64,000 nucleotides of DNA, taken from the NCBI RefSeq assembly GCF_009914755.1, contig NC_060944.1, one strand, 5' to 3'. The position numbers and the translations under genes were made by a program. This stretch comes from the human T2T-CHM13v2.0 reference genome, Homo sapiens. The notes beneath the pieces are model-generated. The model did no database searches and was not told the DNA's origin. It worked only from the letters and a program-made list of their open reading frames with translations. Positions 16,643 through 30,632 of this stretch are shown piece after piece (the stretch's first letter is position 1; the number at the start of each line of letters is the position of its first letter).

Positions 16643-17704
16643 AGTCTTCCCATCTATAAAATGGGGACGAAAACAGCCTCTCCCATATAGAGTTATTGCG
16701 AGTTGTGTGGTGTTAGGCATCATGACAAGCTCTAGCGTTTCCTGGAGACAGCCTTCCTGGAGCCCTCTGAAAATCCAGAGCCATTATGGGAGGGGAGCTC
16801 TCCAAGGCGACTGCACACACTCCTCCAGGCCTCCCTAGTACTCCCTGCTCAGGGGATCTCCTTCATTGAGGCAGCCACCTCAAGCTTCAGTCTTCAGCAC
16901 CTCCTGCTCCCGAGATCCTCCTCCTATACCCCTGTGCCAGCCTCTCTGCCTTTAACCCTCTCCCACGCTCGGCTCCCCCTTCTACAACCACCACACCACC
17001 TCATTCCTAGCCCCTACCCCCATGCCACCTCTGTCCTTAATCCTCAGCCCCAATCCTTCCTCCTCACTCCGCATAATCCCTCTTCCAGCCCCCTGGAGCA
17101 GTCTCAGCCCCCTGTCTCCTACCTTCCATTCCCCCACACTCCTTTACTCCATCCACCCTTCCCTCCCAGGACGAAGCTCCCTGCTTTCCCATGGCACCAC
17201 CCCCAGGGCTGGCTGCCCCTCGGGTGTCCTCAGCCCCCTGAAGTACAGAGATGGATCACCAGCCTCAGCCTTACTATTCTGCCTTCTCACTTGGGACGGT
17301 TCTTACCTATCCGAGCTTCAGCACTCTCGTGTGAAAGGAGGGCCAATGGGGTCCAGCCACATCACCGACCGTAAGTGCTTGGCATATAGCAAGCGCTCAG
17401 TAACTCCACCATTCTTTCCATGGCCCCTGAGTCCCTGCCTCGTTATGGGGCCCCACACATCCCTCTTCCTGTGTTTCCCACCACTCTTCCCCCATTCACT
17501 CAGCTCAGGCCACACTGGCCTCCTTGCCTGCTCCCTCCCACCTAGGGCCTTTGCTCTTCCCTCTGATCTGAAATGCTCTTCCAGTAGAGATGCAATTGAC
17601 CTATTCTTTAACTTAAATCAGGTCCCTGCTCAATGGTCACCTCCTTAGAAAGCTTTCCCCAAACCACCCATTTTAGAATACCATCGACCCCATCCCTTGC
17701 TATC

Positions 17705-18047
<343 letters not shown>

Positions 18048-18385
18048 TAATGGGTCTACTGTGATGTGGGACTGCATAACTGCACTGTCATATTGTCTGT
18101 GTCAGCCCCTCAAGGCAGACACTGAGTTTTCTCCTGCTCATCCCCATACATCAGCTCCCAAACTGCCTTGCACATAGAGGAGTAAGGGTTCAAAAAATGT
18201 TAAATGAATGACTTTTCTTACAGTAAAAGTGTAGCCATTGCTTTATTCAGCCAGTGTCAGCGACTCCTTGAGTGTAGAGAGCACAACCAATGATGTGACA
18301 TTCCATGCAGCTCTCTGTGCTCAGCAGAGAAAGGACTTCCTTCCGCATCGCTGGCCTGCTAAAAGGGCTGAAAACCTCACTGCTT

Positions 18386-18690
18386 GGTCGGTTACGGTGG
18401 CTCACGCCTGAAATCTCAGCACTTTGGGAGGTCAAGGTGGATGGATCACTTGAGGTCAGGAGTTCGAGGCCAGCCTGGCCAATATGATGAAACCCCATCT
18501 CTACTAAAACACACACACACACAAAATTAGCCAGGTGTGGTGGCAGGTGTCAGTAATCCCAGCTACTCGGGAGGCTGAGGAGGAGAATCATTTGAATCCA
18601 GGAGGTAGAGGTTGCAGGGAGCTGAGATCACGCCACTGCACCCCAGCCTGGACAACAGAGTGAGACTCCATTTAAAAAAACAAACAAAAA
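18386..18690 (+). mobile_element. Alu with (AC)n in the middle linker and TSD
   Basis: TSD aaaacctcactgct on both sides; acacacacacac in the A-rich linker. Confidence 0.95.
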
Positions 18691-19231
18691 ACCTCACTGC
18701 TGCTCTTCTCTTCTACATTTCTTCTATCACTAAATATTGAGCTCAGTCAGATGTTTGGTACTGTCTGAGGTTCCAGGGATACTGAGGCAGGCATGTTTGT
18801 CAACAAGAAAGATGTAGAAGAGGGCTCGCTGTAATGTTTACACTGCTTAGCCTGGGGAGGGGCTGAGTGCGATCAAGAGATGTGGAGTGTCTGGGGCCTC
18901 AGTTTGAAACCCAGCTGTGCCAGCTTCACATTCGGTTTCTTCATCTGTAAAATGGGGCTAATGAAAGTCACTACCTCATGGAATTGTCATAATTCTTTGT
19001 TAATCCCTGTGCCTGGCAGATAGAAAACTTTAGTAAATGTTGGCTATTAGTCCTAACAGTAAAGTATAGGTTACTTCCATAAGTTAAGCAAGACAAAAAC
19101 AAAAACTAAAAATTTGGTCAAGCCATCAAATGATTTATCAAGCAGTCCAGCCCTCTTAACAGCATATAAAAGGATTCACACTCCTTGTGGTCCTCCCAGA
19201 ACTTCATATTCAATCTCTCTCAAAATTCAGG

Positions 19232-19530
19232 TGGGGGATACAGCTGGAGGCCATTATCCTAAGCAAATTAACTCAGGAACAGAAAACCAAAAACCAAATA
19301 CCGCATGTTCTCACTTATATGTGGGAGTAAACAATGGGTGCTCATGGACATAAAGACAGGAGTAGACACTGTGTATTACTAGGGTGGGGAGGGAAGGGCA
19401 AGGGTGGAAAAGCTACTGGTTACTATGCTCATTACCTGGACGATGGGCTCAACTGTATCCCAAACCTTAGCATCACACAATATATGCATGTAACAAACCT
19501 GCACAGGTACCCCAAAATCTAAAAAAACAA
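19232..19530 (+). mobile_element. L1PA/L1PB-type 3' end
   Basis: 'ctggaggccattatcctaagcaaattaactcaggaacagaaaacc...gcatgttctcacttat...catgtaacaaacctgcaca', with G-rich 3'UTR tract. Confidence 0.85.
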
Positions 19531-19553
19531 GCTGGAATTATAAAAAGTAAATA

Positions 19554-19803
19554 GGCCGGGTGCAGTGGCTCATGCCTGTAATCCCAGCACTCTGGGAGGC
19601 CAAGGTGGGAGGATGGCTGAGCCAGGAGTTCGAGACCAGCCTGGGCAACATGGTAAAATCCTAGTGGCATGTGCCCACAGTCCCGGCTACTCAGGAGGCT
19701 GAGGTGGGAGGATCACTTGAGCCCAGGAGGTCAAGGCTGCAGTGTGCCATGATCATGCCACTGCACTCCAAGCTTGGGCAACAGAGCAAGACCCTCTCTC
19801 AAA
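19554..19803 (+). mobile_element. Alu (AluJ-like, internal deletion at the linker)
   Basis: ggccgggtgcagtggctc head; left arm joins directly to 'gtggcatgtgcc' right arm. Confidence 0.9.
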
Positions 19804-20059
19804 TAGATGGATAAATAGGTAAGATGCCTAAAAACAAAATAAAAACATGTATATGTGTATTAGAAAACAAAACAAAACAAAATCAGATAGGAAAACTAGC
19901 CAGGAGGAAAGACACTGCTGGCTGTGCTAAACCTACGAAGCCAGTGATACAGGAATGGGGCCAGGGCCACACAATGCAGCCTTCTGTCCTTAGAAACTTC
20001 TAAGTAAAGACACAAGTGTTCGCAGCTACAGGGTTTTGGCTTTTTTTTTTTTTTTTTTA

Positions 20060-20860
20060 TGTTTTAATTCAACTTTGTCGTGGTACAATTTACACACAAT
20101 AAAATTCCATCACCCAGAAAATTCCCCTGTGGCCCTCAGCAATCAATTCCCACCTGAAAAACAACCACTGATACGATTTCTGCCACTCTAGACTATTGTT
20201 GGTTGACTTTATATTAATGGAATTATAGTATGTGTTCTTTTCCAATTTTTTTATAGCTTTATTAAGTTGTAAAACTGATTTACATAAATACACCTAATAT
20301 AAAGGGTACAATTTGAAGTGTTTTAATATATTCCTATCTTGAAACTATTACTACAGTCTAGATAACCCATCACCCCAAAAAGTTTTATGTCCTTTTGTTT
20401 TCTATCCACCCTTCCTACCCCAACTACTGATCTGCTTTCTGTCACTACAAATTAGTTTGTATTGTTAAGAATTGTATATAGAATCATCTAGCAGGTACTC
20501 TCTTGTGCCTGGCCTCTTTCACTCAGCATAATTATTTTGATTCATACATGCTGTTGTATCAATACTTTATTCCTCCCCCCATCAACACACCCTCAGCAAC
20601 ATTTCATTGTATGGGAATACCACAATTTGTTTATCCATTCATTTATTGCTGAACACTGCAGCATTTTCCAGTTTGGAATTCTTATGGGAAAAGCCACTGT
20701 GAATTCCTATACAAGTTGCTTTATTAACAGAAGTTTTCATTTACCTGAGACCCATGGAATTGCTGGGCCACAGGGTAGACATATATTTAACTTTATAAGA
20801 AACTGCCAAACTGGTTTTTTTTTTTTTTCCCAAAGTGGTTGTACCATTTTAAAATCTTAC
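20060..20860 (-). mobile_element. Old L1M 3' fragments (reverse)
   Basis: 'ctactgatctgctttctgtcacta', 'ctttcactcagcataatt', 'aactttataagaaactgccaaactg...ccaaagtggttgtaccatttta'. Confidence 0.8.
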
Positions 20861-21002
20861 CACATGGCTGGTTTCACAAGCTTGTATCCATCTCATGGCT
20901 TTTGTACTTGTTCTTCTTTCTTCTTGGAATGACTTCCCATTCGGTTTCAGAGCTGGGTTCTTGACATTCAGGTTTCAATTCAAATGTCAAATGCCAAAGA
21001 GG

Positions 21003-21130
21003 CTATTATGGACTGAATTGTGTCCCTCCTCACTCCAAATTCATGTTGAAGTTATAATTCCCAGTACCTTAGAATGTGCCTATATTTGAAGATAAGGTCT
21101 TTAAAGAGGTAATTAAGATAAAATAAGGCT
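21003..21130. mobile_element. MLT1 LTR 5' fragment
   Basis: 'tatggactgaattgtgtccc...ccaaattcatgttgaag...aatgtgcctatatttgaagataaggtctttaaagaggtaattaag'. Confidence 0.75.
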
Positions 21131-21134
21131 GTCG

Positions 21135-21895
21135 GAATGAAGGACAAAAACCATACTATCATTTCAATTGATGCTGAAAAAGCATTTGATAAAATTCAAC
21201 ATGGTTTCATGATAAAAACCCTAAAAAAAACTGGGAATAGAAGGAAAATACCCCCACATAATAAAAGCCATATATGACAAACCCACAGCTAGTACCATAC
21301 TGAATGGGGAAAAACTGAAAGCCTTTAAGATCTGGAATACAACAAGGATGCCCACTTTCACCACTGTTATTCAACACAGTACTAGAAGTACTAGAAGTAC
21401 TAGCTAGAGCAATCAGGCAAGAGAAAGAAATAAAGGGCATCCAAATAGGAAAGGAAAAAGTTAAATTATCCTTGTTTGCATATTATATCTTATATTTGGA
21501 AAAACCTAAAGACTCCACCAAAAAACTGTTAGAACTGATAAACAAATTCCGTACAGTTGCAGGATACAAAATCAACATACAAAAATCAGTAGCATTTCTA
21601 TATGTTAACAGTGAACAATCTGAAAAAGAAATTTAAAAAGTAATCCCATTTACAATAGCCATAAATAAAAATACCTAGGAATTAATTTAAAGAAATGAAA
21701 GATCTCTATAATGAAAACTATAAAACACTGATTAAAGAAATTGAAGAGGACACACAAAAAATGGAAAGATATTTCATGTTCATGGATAGGAAGAATCAAC
21801 ATTGGTTAAAATGTCCATACTACCCAAAGCAATCTAAAGAGTCAATGCAATCCCTATCAAAATACCAATGACATTCTTCGCAGAAATAGAAAAAA
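21135..21895 (+). mobile_element. L1MA-type ORF2 (reverse-transcriptase region) fragment, inactive
   Basis: Reads [15 protein letters not shown]; the catalytic FADD motif is degraded (ttt gca tat tat); no long ORF survives. Confidence 0.9.
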
Positions 21896-21899
21896 GGTT

Positions 21900-22945
21900 A
21901 TGGTTAAAAAGACCTTCTGATCACCATTTTGCAACTGTAATAATTGTTTCAAGCAAGAATCACCATGAATTCTGAAACCAGTGGGTAAGAGTCTAAAGAA
22001 GAGGATATTTAAATAGTCTCAAAATATCTTCCCACAGAATACTTAATAGTTACAGAAGGAAAAATCGTAACTTTATGGTAGAGTGTAACTACTCCTACAC
22101 CACCTCAACCAAATGATGGAAGTTAACACCACGAATACTGGGACAAACACAATGCCATGTGCCTCCTGATGAAAGGCCCTGAGGAGGCAACTTTTTTCAG
22201 CAGTAGTCCTGCCAAAAAATGCATACCCTCTCAGAATAGCAAGGGATGGGTTGGTGGGGGGTGGGGGAGGAGAGAAAAATGGATACTCTGAAACTAATAA
22301 GAAAACACAGATGAATAAAAATTTAGGGACATTCTACAATATAACTCGCCAGTATTCTTCAAAAATGTCAAGGTCATGAAAGACAAAGAAAGGCTGGATA
22401 ACTAACTGCCCTTCCAGATTAAAAGAAACTAAAGAGGCATGACAACTCAGTGCAACGTCTGATCCTGAATTGGATCCTGGGGAATAGCTATAAAGGACAT
22501 TATTGGGACCATTAGCAAAATTTAAATATGGATGGAGTGTATTAAATAAAACAATTGTATCATTGTTAAAATTCCTGATTTTTGACCACTGTACTGAGAT
22601 TATGCCAGATAATGTCTTTTTTTTAAGGAAACACACACATATATTTAGGATAAAGGAGTTTGATGTTGGAAACTCTAAAATGATGTAGTAAAAAAGAATA
22701 TATACATTATATATGTGTGTGTGTGAATATCTATATACCGTATACTGATTTCCTTTCTTTTGGGGTATATACCATATAGATATCCACACACAATATGTAT
22801 TTGTGTGTATATATACACATACACGAGAGGATATGGATATGCAGCAAAATATAACAATTTGTTATTCTAGTGGAAAAGTATATGATCTTTACGATTCTTG
22901 AAATTTATGTGTAAATTTGAAATTTAATCACAAAAAAGTTAAGAG
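21900..22945 (+). mobile_element. L1MC-type 3' UTR fragment
   Basis: 'aatttagggacattctacaa', 'ttcttcaaaaatgtcaaggtcatgaaagacaaagaaaggct', 'aaggacattattgggac'. Confidence 0.8.
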
Positions 22946-23484
22946 GTTTTCAGCGACCAAATACATTATGAGAAATGGCCTGTATCCAGTGAGCACTCTT
23001 TAGCTCATTCTTTTTCTCCATCACACTTACCACTGGCAAAAATTATCCTGTGCATTTATTTAATAATACTTAACATTGTGTGCAAGGCTGTCCTAAGTGC
23101 TTTACCTGTATAACCTCTGTGGATCTTCTTACAGGTAAGGAACAAATACACAAGAAGGTTGACTAACTTGCCCAAGGCCACCCATGTGGTTTGTCTCCTG
23201 CAGTGGCACAGAACCTCAACCAAGGCAGAAACTGCCTTGTCTATTGCTCTTTCCCCAGCGACTTGGAATGGTGCCTAGCACATTACGGGTGTTCAATAAA
23301 CATCTGTAGATTCAGTTAACAAACACTGGGCACCCACTAGGCCTACACTGGAATACAAAATACAGAACAAAATATTCAAAAATCTGTGCCTAAATGGGAG
23401 CTTTGGGTACTAACAGCCCCACACCCAATTAGCCTCCATCTAGGTATTTCATTTGGGTCTATCATTCCTGGGAATTAAAGCCCA

Positions 23485-24221
<737 letters not shown>

Positions 24222-24609
24222 TGAAGGCCAGCGCCGAGGCTGGAGTTACTGCCACTGCCTCCGCGCTTGGGAAGGGAAATCGGGTCCTCGGCCAGTCGCA
24301 CTCCGAGAAGCCGAACTTTTCAGCCAATCCCTTCTACCCGTCGCCCTCGGGGACTTGGGTCGGTCCGCTGGGCTCCGCTAGGGCTTAATTCAATGGACTG
24401 TTTACACCCGGGCGAACACAAGGCGGGGAGCGGGGAGGAGCGTCACAGAGGGGGCCAAGCAAAGAAAAATATTTCCGCCGGCCAAATCGCGTCTCTAAGC
24501 GGTTTTCAGAAGGCGTGAAGCTTGCTGGCTCTTCTTTTTCCTATCGCTACATGACAAGCTAACAGAGAGAGCGGAGAGTTTGTGCTTTTCTTTCCGGTTC
24601 CCCCTCTGA

Positions 24610-25512
<903 letters not shown>

Positions 25513-26895
25513 TGACACACCCTCCTTTCCTGGGCCCAGGCATTCGGCCCTCTCTTCTCAGGTCCCAAGATCAGTCCCTGGGCCTAAAGTTGGCTGGTGT
25601 TTCCATAACAAGAGCTCGTTTAAGTGCTAACCATTAACTTAATAAGTGCTCAAGAATTGCGAGCTATGGTTATTAAACGTCTTCTATTTTTAAGATCGGT
25701 TGGGGGAGTGGAGGAGGGGTCGGGTTCAGTTAGTAGCAGAACTGCGGAGCCTCCTCACCCCCGAGGGCCTCTCTCTTTCCCTCCCAAAACAAACAAAAAG
25801 AAAAAACTTGACTGGACCCACCCACACCCTCTCCCTGTCTGGTTCCAAGTTTCCTGACACCCTCCAGCTCCAACCCCCAAACTCCTGTGGCTTCCTCGTC
25901 TGCCTTTTCCTCTGAGGCCCCCGGCCCTTCATCCCAGGCAGCCGAGCAAACTGACGGTCTTCTGGCTTGGTCCTCTGAGGGGTGCAGGCTGACAACCCTC
26001 ACAGGTGGCCTGAGAGCTGTCACATAACAAAGCATCCGGCATCTTTTCCCTCCGTTTTACATTCTTAATCTTTTTCTTAACCTCAGAGGCTGGCTGGGAA
26101 GTGGTTTTACTTAAAAGGAAAATGGGGTACATTGAGGCAAGAGGTCTTGCAGTCCTGGAGGAACTAATTATCTTAGTTTCCGGGTTTTAACTGCAGTTAG
26201 GGAATGTATTCATCCTAACTACTCAGTACTCACAAGCCTTTTTCATACTACCAGTAGCTAAGTGTCTGCTCGGAGAGGAGAGAGGCGGTAGAAAGTTTGA
26301 GGAGACTTTCCGAGGCAGGAGGATCCAGGGGAAGAAAGTTTACTAATCCGAGTCCCAGCTGTGGTCTCAGTGCTGAAGTAATTTTTAGGTAATAACTTCA
26401 AAAGTAAATTCTATCCTTTTTCTATAAATAAACTAAGGCTTAGAAGTGAACAAATAACTTGATCAGGGTTAATCCGCTTGAAAGGGAAGTTAGACTGTAC
26501 TCCTGGTTTCCTTACATTTCTCAGAGCTTAAGTGACGGGGATCCCAGATCTGTCTTGATTCGAGGCCTGGATCCTTTCGAAGGCGTAATGCTGTTCTCTG
26601 CACCCTGAGGATGAACTTTTTTAAGAGTGGGTAGGATTTGGGGTGAGTTTGGAGGGGGTGGTTTCCCAAAATCTTGTTACTTTTGCACAACTTAAAGATC
26701 CCCCAAGTCTTTCCCAAGAGAACGCTTTGTCCCATTGCAAGTCAGTTGTTTGACAGTGGAGTTGGAAACATGAATCAGTATCACCTAGAGTCCTTTAATT
26801 AGATGTCTAACTTTATAAAGTCCATCCGTGCCCCATCCATTCTGAGAAGCCTACCCTCTCCCCAGGGTGAGTGTTTTTGTTTTGAAAAGACTTCC

Positions 26896-27197
26896 AGCAG
26901 GGCACAATGGCTCACGACTGTAATCCCAGCACTTTGGGAGGCTGAGGTGGGAGGATGGCTTGAGCCCAGGAGTTTGGGAACAGCCTGGGCAACAAAGTGA
27001 GACCCTGGTCTCCACAAAAAATAGAAAAAAAAATAGCCGGACCTGATGGCACAGGCTTATAGTCCCAGCTACTTGAGAGGCAGAGGCAGGAGGATCAGTT
27101 GAGCCTGGGAGGTTGAGGCTACAGTGAGCCATTATCATGCAATGGCACTATAACCTGGGCGACTGAGCAAGACCCTGTCTCAAAAAAAAAAAAAAAA
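26896..27197 (+). mobile_element. Alu (AluJ-like), intron 2, sense
   Basis: Both arms and poly-A; flanked by aaaagact(t)cc. Confidence 0.94.
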
Positions 27198-30100
27198 GAC
27201 TCCCTAGGGGATTCGTTTATCTTACCTATATTCTAGGAGCGCATCACTTACTTTGAAGTCTTTCTATTCTCAGACTTCTCTTAGTCTTCTCCTTTACTGC
27301 CAATGAATGGTCTGGACTTCCTACTACAGGATTGCCTTGGGATGTAGGAATTTGCCTTGCCGAATGTTTATTCCTTGTGTCCTCAGTTCATTGACGCCAG
27401 TCTCGAACCTTCAACCTCAGCTTGAAGCTCTTGCTTACTCTCTCAACATATAAATACTATGTGGACTTTCCTCACCTGAAGAATTTGTCAAAATTCCAAA
27501 GTGACCCCATGGCAGCATAGCATAGTGGTTAGTACCATGGACTTTGGGGTTAGACCCTCTGGCTCATCCCAGGACTGACTGCACAAAACATGGAGCAAAT
27601 TGTTTGAACCCTGTGAGGAGCATTCCTTTATTGTAAGATAGTGGGTATGTACCTATGACATTAGGTACATAGGGTCACTGTGCAAACTGTTAATGTCAGC
27701 AAGTGCTCCACATAGGGAGGAATTCACTGCCTTATATAAGTTCACACCATGTTCTGTACTCTTCTACCCTCACCCCCTTCAAGATTCACATTGTTCTTGC
27801 TCAAGTTTCCCAAACTTGTTTCATCATAGAACACACCTTGTTTTCTGTGTTGTCAGGCACACCAAGTTGACAGAAACACTGGTGTTTTCATCCTCCCTTT
27901 GTGAACTAAAACTGGGACCTAGAAAAATGAAATCTTTTGCTTTAGGCCGTACACTGGATTGGATTGGTCCCTTTCAGTTGTTTGGAGTCTTTAAAATATT
28001 TGAACCTCTACGGTGTTCAGGGCTCAGAGACAGAGCAGTGAAGAAAATATGTGTTGTTTCTGCTTATGAAAATGACATTCAAGCTGACTTGCAATGTGTG
28101 GATTTTTCAAGTAGTAAATAGGTAATCATTTTTGCTTCTTAAAATAGAGAACAGATACCAAAATTACTCCAGGTTAAACTTTGCTTATTCTGGATTCCAA
28201 AATTTAGGGGTCTTGATCTGTCCTGGGGCCTTGGGTTTACAGCATGCAAATACCACCCAGTAATGTTAAAGCTGGAAGGAATCGTAGAGATAACCTGGTT
28301 CAGCTCTCTCATTAAATAGAAAAGTCCTTTACAGTCACCCTTGGCCCTGCCTCCTAAAACTCAGAATGATTTTGAACAGGCCAAAAAGTGTGAATCTGCC
28401 TTGAAGTCTCAACTAAACCTAATGCTGAGTCCCTACTGTGGTATTTGAAGGGAAAGAAAAAAAGCAAAGCAAAACACACCACCCCTTGCCCCAATGGAAC
28501 TTACATTTGAAAAGTTTGAGAACTGGAAGAAGATTTAAATGCTATTCAAGATCACTGGAGGAAATGACCAGTCAACTCATAAGCAAGGGCTTTGCACAAG
28601 AATTAAGAGGAAAGAGAATCAGGAGTTAGGGAGAAGGTGGGCTTGAAAGTAGGGTGCCTAGGACTGTGGATAGGCGAAGAGACAAAGGGAGTCCGTTTCA
28701 CTATTTGGCCAGTAAAATAATCCAGTATCGAAAAGAGAAATGTCTTGAAATGCTGTTCTTGGTCTTACCCCATTTTGTTTGATAGCCTTAAATGCATTGT
28801 CTCCTTCCATTCTGTGCACAGACCAAACACGTCCTACCCAGAGGCATTAAGACAGCAGAAGCTTCGGAGGAATAGAAAGAGGTCTTAGATGTGTGACCTG
28901 GCTGCCTGTTTCACAAGGAAGGAAACTGAAGCCCAGAAAAGGGACAAAACTTTTATCCACAATGAGTTAGTGATAGCACTCAAACCAGCCTCCCAGGCTT
29001 TTTAAAACCACATTTACAATCCTGTAAATTATTTGGTTGAAGGGTTGGTGCCTATGTTTTTAACTTTGAAATACTTCTCACATAAAGGTTGGGGGGGTGA
29101 AGGCATCAACAGTTTGCTTTTATCCCCTTGTTTTCCATTGCGAGAATGCCTGTCCTGAATGTGCCTAAAACAAAGTTCAAGATTACTGCCACTTAGACAG
29201 CAGGCAAGCCTGAGTCACTGTCAGTCAGAAATTCTGTTGCTTTGTCTAAGGCACACACTGATTCTTCTGACAAATAGCAAGTGAGGACACACTCACAGAC
29301 ACTAATCCAGGACAAACTCTCAAGACTCATATAACAGAATAGTTAGAAGTTTGGGAGAGCCGGGAGCCTAGCTTACACTCAACTTGATAAGACACTAATT
29401 GTTCTTTACCAATTGTTTGATGTCGATGCCTTTAGGTGGCTGGGAACCGAGGCCTTGGAAAGTAATCTTGCCTGCACACCAAGTGGCTTTGAGCCAGGCT
29501 ACTATAAGAGGCCATGCAGAGTTTTTCTCCACGAGGCATGCAGAGGACGCATGCCCACATGAACATAATGCAGGGTCACAAGTGGTAGCATCTTAGAAAA
29601 CAGTACAGTTGTCTGGGAGTTTAGTTAGGGGCATTGGGGAAGCAGGGGAAGGAAGAAGCTGAGGGAGGAACTATAATAGTATAGGATAGACCAGGGTCTT
29701 AGCAATAGATGGGTTGTCAGCCTGCAAACTTCCCCAACTTGTCGAGTGCCTAGGGAACCTTCAGAGCAGAGCAAGGCCGTTCCCTCCCCAGCCCTTAGAA
29801 AAGCAACTCTGAATCCTCTTCTGTGGCTTGGGTCTCAGAGTTTAGAGAGCCGCCAGGTCAAGAGGCAGAGAGCTGGCTGGCATTGGGGAAATATAAGTTA
29901 ACACAATACAATAAAATGCTAGACTCAGAGTCAGAAGGTTTTAATCCCAGTTTCACCCTGTAAATAAGAGCTGAAACTTGCAGGTTGCTATGTATCAGGT
30001 GAAGTCAGTACCGTGATTATCTTCATTTTATAGGTGAGGCAACTGAGGTACCAAGGTTAGTGAAATTGCCCAATGTAAAACAGCTAAGCAAGTAACCAAG

Positions 30101-30251
30101 TCAGGATTCAAGGCCAGACATTCAAACTTGAGTATGCTTTCTTAACTGCTGTGGGGTACTGCTGGGACAGGTAGCTTAAGTTCTAGGTTCTTCTGTTTTT
30201 CTTGGTTGTAAAATGGGCATAATCATATTTTACTCAGAAACTAATGGCTCA

Positions 30252-30632
<381 letters not shown>

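Noticed and set aside
16934-17648. 146-aa and 208-aa Pro/Ser/Leu-rich ORFs
   Set aside because: Products of a C/T-skewed low-complexity tract and decayed repeat sequence; no splice or domain support.
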